Below, piece by piece: positions 57,300 through 64,000 of a DNA stretch of 64,000 nucleotides (position 1 is the stretch's first letter; every line of letters begins with the position of its first letter). The stretch is from NCBI RefSeq assembly GCF_009914755.1, contig NC_060931.1; one strand, written 5' to 3'. The notes beneath the pieces were generated by a model. It did no database searches and had not been told where the DNA came from. It saw only the letters and a program-made list of their open reading frames with translations. The stretch comes from the human T2T-CHM13v2.0 reference genome, Homo sapiens. The translations under genes and the position numbers were made by a program.

Positions 57300-60080
<2,781 letters not shown>

Positions 60081-60301
60081 CCTAAACTTTACATGTTACA
60101 GGGAACGTTTTCTAGCACACAGTTGGGAAATCTGGGGACAACTCTCAACTTTGTTCTGGTACCTAATTTTGTGACTTTAGGACAAGCTGCTTCCCTTTCT
60201 GGGCCTGTGTTTCCTCACCTATGATAGGTAGATAGGACTACATAGTTGCCAACATTTTATAGGTGCAGACAGATACAGGTAAGACTGTGCAAAAAGGCTA
60301 A

Positions 60302-60614
<313 letters not shown>

Positions 60615-60879
60615 TAAAGTGCTAGGATTACAGGCGTGAGCCACTGCGCCTGGCCAAGAGAGATTCTTCAAAATGCAGATTACCCCTCTCCATATACACA
60701 CCCACGGACATCAGAATCTGGGGTGATTGTGGTGTGTGTACAGAAATGCTCTTTTCCATTGACTGTGATATTGCCACCTACCTCCCCCCTCATCCTAAAG
60801 CACTGATAATCTCTAAACAGGAAAGAAAAAGCTCTGGCATTAAGAATTGGGTATGCTAATTCTAATTCTCAATGCACTA

Positions 60880-61293
<414 letters not shown>

Positions 61294-61378
61294 TTATTTC
61301 ACCCTCCAGTCCTTGCTCTGTGGCCTCTGAGGAAGGAAAGGAGAAGCAGGTGGCTCCTGAGTACATCTCCAAACTCAC

Positions 61379-61435
61379 CCACATCCTGCTCATGTCACTC
61401 AATTCATTTCTGTATCTCAGAGAGTCCTTCAGGAC
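61379..61435 (-). CDS. HIP1: HIP1 exon 4 (VLKDSLRYRNELSDMSRMW)
   Basis: 57 nt; tgcag|GTC ... TGG|gtgagt. Confidence 0.96.
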
Positions 61436-61694
61436 CTGCAGGGGCAAAAGAACAGCCTGTGAGAGAATGGAGAAGGAAAGAAAGACAAAGGGAAGGAGGA
61501 TGGAGAGAGGCGGAGGTGAACCTAGGGCAGGGGGACAGGCTGATGGGAGGGAGACTCACCCAACTCTAATGGGGAACCCAAAGGCCAGGAGAAGGGGGCA
61601 GTGTGGGAGAGGACAGCAGCCTCTGTGGCCCAGGCAGTCACTTTCCCCACAAGGATCCCTGGCTCCCTGCCACCCCATAGCCCCAGGAACTCAC

Positions 61695-61837
61695 GTTCGG
61701 GTGTCCATCTCGGAGGAGTTTGTGGAACACATGGCAGAACTTCCAGCAGAGCACTGCGTTGCTAGACAGAGGCAGGCGGTTGACAACAGACCAGAAGGTC
61801 TGTGCCCCTTTCTCATGGTGGGTGCCCAGTATGCACG
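61695..61837 (-). CDS. HIP1: HIP1 exon 3 (ANTH: (T)CILGTHHEK...RDGHPN)
   Basis: 143 nt; donor AAC|GTGAGT; acceptor is non-canonical CTCAC|CG with a U12-type branch site. Confidence 0.93.
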
Positions 61838-61858
61838 GTGAGGGGGGGTTATGGAAAA
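61838..61858 (-). promoter_or_regulatory. U12-type branch site and AC 3' splice site (intron 2)
   Basis: Minus strand TTTTCCATAAC-CCCCCCT-CAC|exon; resembles TTCCTTAAC consensus, branch A 12 nt upstream of the junction. Confidence 0.88.
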
Positions 61859-61875
61859 CAACGGATGGGCTCTGC

Positions 61876-62013
61876 CAGTCACTGCAGGGGACTGAGCCTG
61901 CACCCAGCCACTGCAGGGGACTGAGCCTGCACCCAGCCATCACAGGGGATAGAGGCTGCACCCAGCCACTGCAGGGGACCAAGCCTGCACACAGCCACTG
62001 CAGGGGACCGAGC
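61876..62013. repeat. Tandem repeat, ~4.8 units of 29 bp (CAGCCACTGCAGGGGACTGAGCCTGCACC)
   Basis: Units start at 61876, 61905, 61934, 61963 and 61992. Confidence 0.93.
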
Positions 62014-62316
62014 AGTAGTGCAAGTCGTGGTTGGCAGTGCCTTGGAGGGAGCGCCGCTCAGAGCTAAGACACCATAGAACTGTACATTCCTTCTGGGAGT
62101 TTTAGGGCAGATGGGAATACTTATTTTAATAAAATCCACTTGAGTAGACAATTTCCCGAGATGTAAGCGTCTTGAGAGAGAGGTGTGTCTTTTTCTAATT
62201 TGCACAAATACCCTGTAGGCCACGGTGGTATTGGGTTGTCCTTTCTACGAGAATGCTGAGTTGATGATGTGTCCTTCGGGAATAACTACAGCTATTTGTT
62301 GTGGTGGTTAAGATAG

Positions 62317-62601
<285 letters not shown>

Positions 62602-62655
62602 TAACTTTTAAACAACATTTGAGGGCTTCCTCAGGTTCTTTCTTATGCATTATTA

Positions 62656-62994
<339 letters not shown>

Positions 62995-63129
62995 TCATCA
63001 AGGACCTTGGTCCCTGCAGGGAGTCCTGCACCTTGACCCCTTGGCTCCTCCTCCAGGCAGCATCTCCCGGCCCCTTTCCATTTAGCCAGCCTTTTGCTTG
63101 CCTTGACAGCAGCAATCTTTGTTTAAAAT

Positions 63130-63819
<690 letters not shown>

Positions 63820-64000
63820 TGGGCGTGGTGGCTCACGGCTGTAATCACAGGACTCTGGGAGGCCGAGGTGGGCAGATCACGAGGTCAGGAGATCAAGACC
63901 AGCCTGGCCAACATGGTGAAACCCCGTCTCTACTAAAAGTACAAAAATTAGCCGGGCATGGTGGTGCATGCCTGTAATCCCACCTACTCGGGAGGCTGAG

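Noticed and set aside
61638-61982. ORF suggesting an N-terminally extended exon 3 or alternative start
   Set aside because: The upstream part is the 29-bp repeat read by chance; the AC acceptor explains the boundary and no promoter is evident.

Overview
Human (primate) genomic DNA carrying most of HIP1 (huntingtin-interacting protein 1, 7q11.23) on the minus strand. I traced 29 coding exons (conventional exons 3-31, 2930 nt, open and in phase to a TAG at 7504-7506) and a ~4.9 kb 3'UTR ending near an AATAAA at 2646-2651. Exons 1-2 lie beyond the right edge. The introns are very Alu-dense (roughly half the window by eye) and also hold two ERV1-type LTRs, old L1/L2/MIR/MLT1/hAT fragments and several tandem repeats. 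Nearly all entries in the supplied ORF track are Alu translation artefacts. I found no new gene system. The most notable signals concern RNA processing: (1) a minor-spliceosome (U12, AC-terminated) acceptor for exon 3, next to a 29-bp repeat of decoy AG acceptors; (2) a GC-AG intron after exon 18; (3) a 17-unit 20-bp minisatellite of UAG and 5'ss-like motifs 36 nt after the exon 27 donor; (4) a sense LTR with TATA, X-box and AATAAA in intron 9, and an antisense solo LTR in intron 8; (5) inverted Alu pairs bracketing in-frame exon blocks; (6) a possible read-through last exon in intron 30; (7) a fold-back templated insertion scar inside an Alu; (8) a ~500-bp tandem duplication at the right end. 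Exon numbering and repeat family names are from memory, not from a database search.
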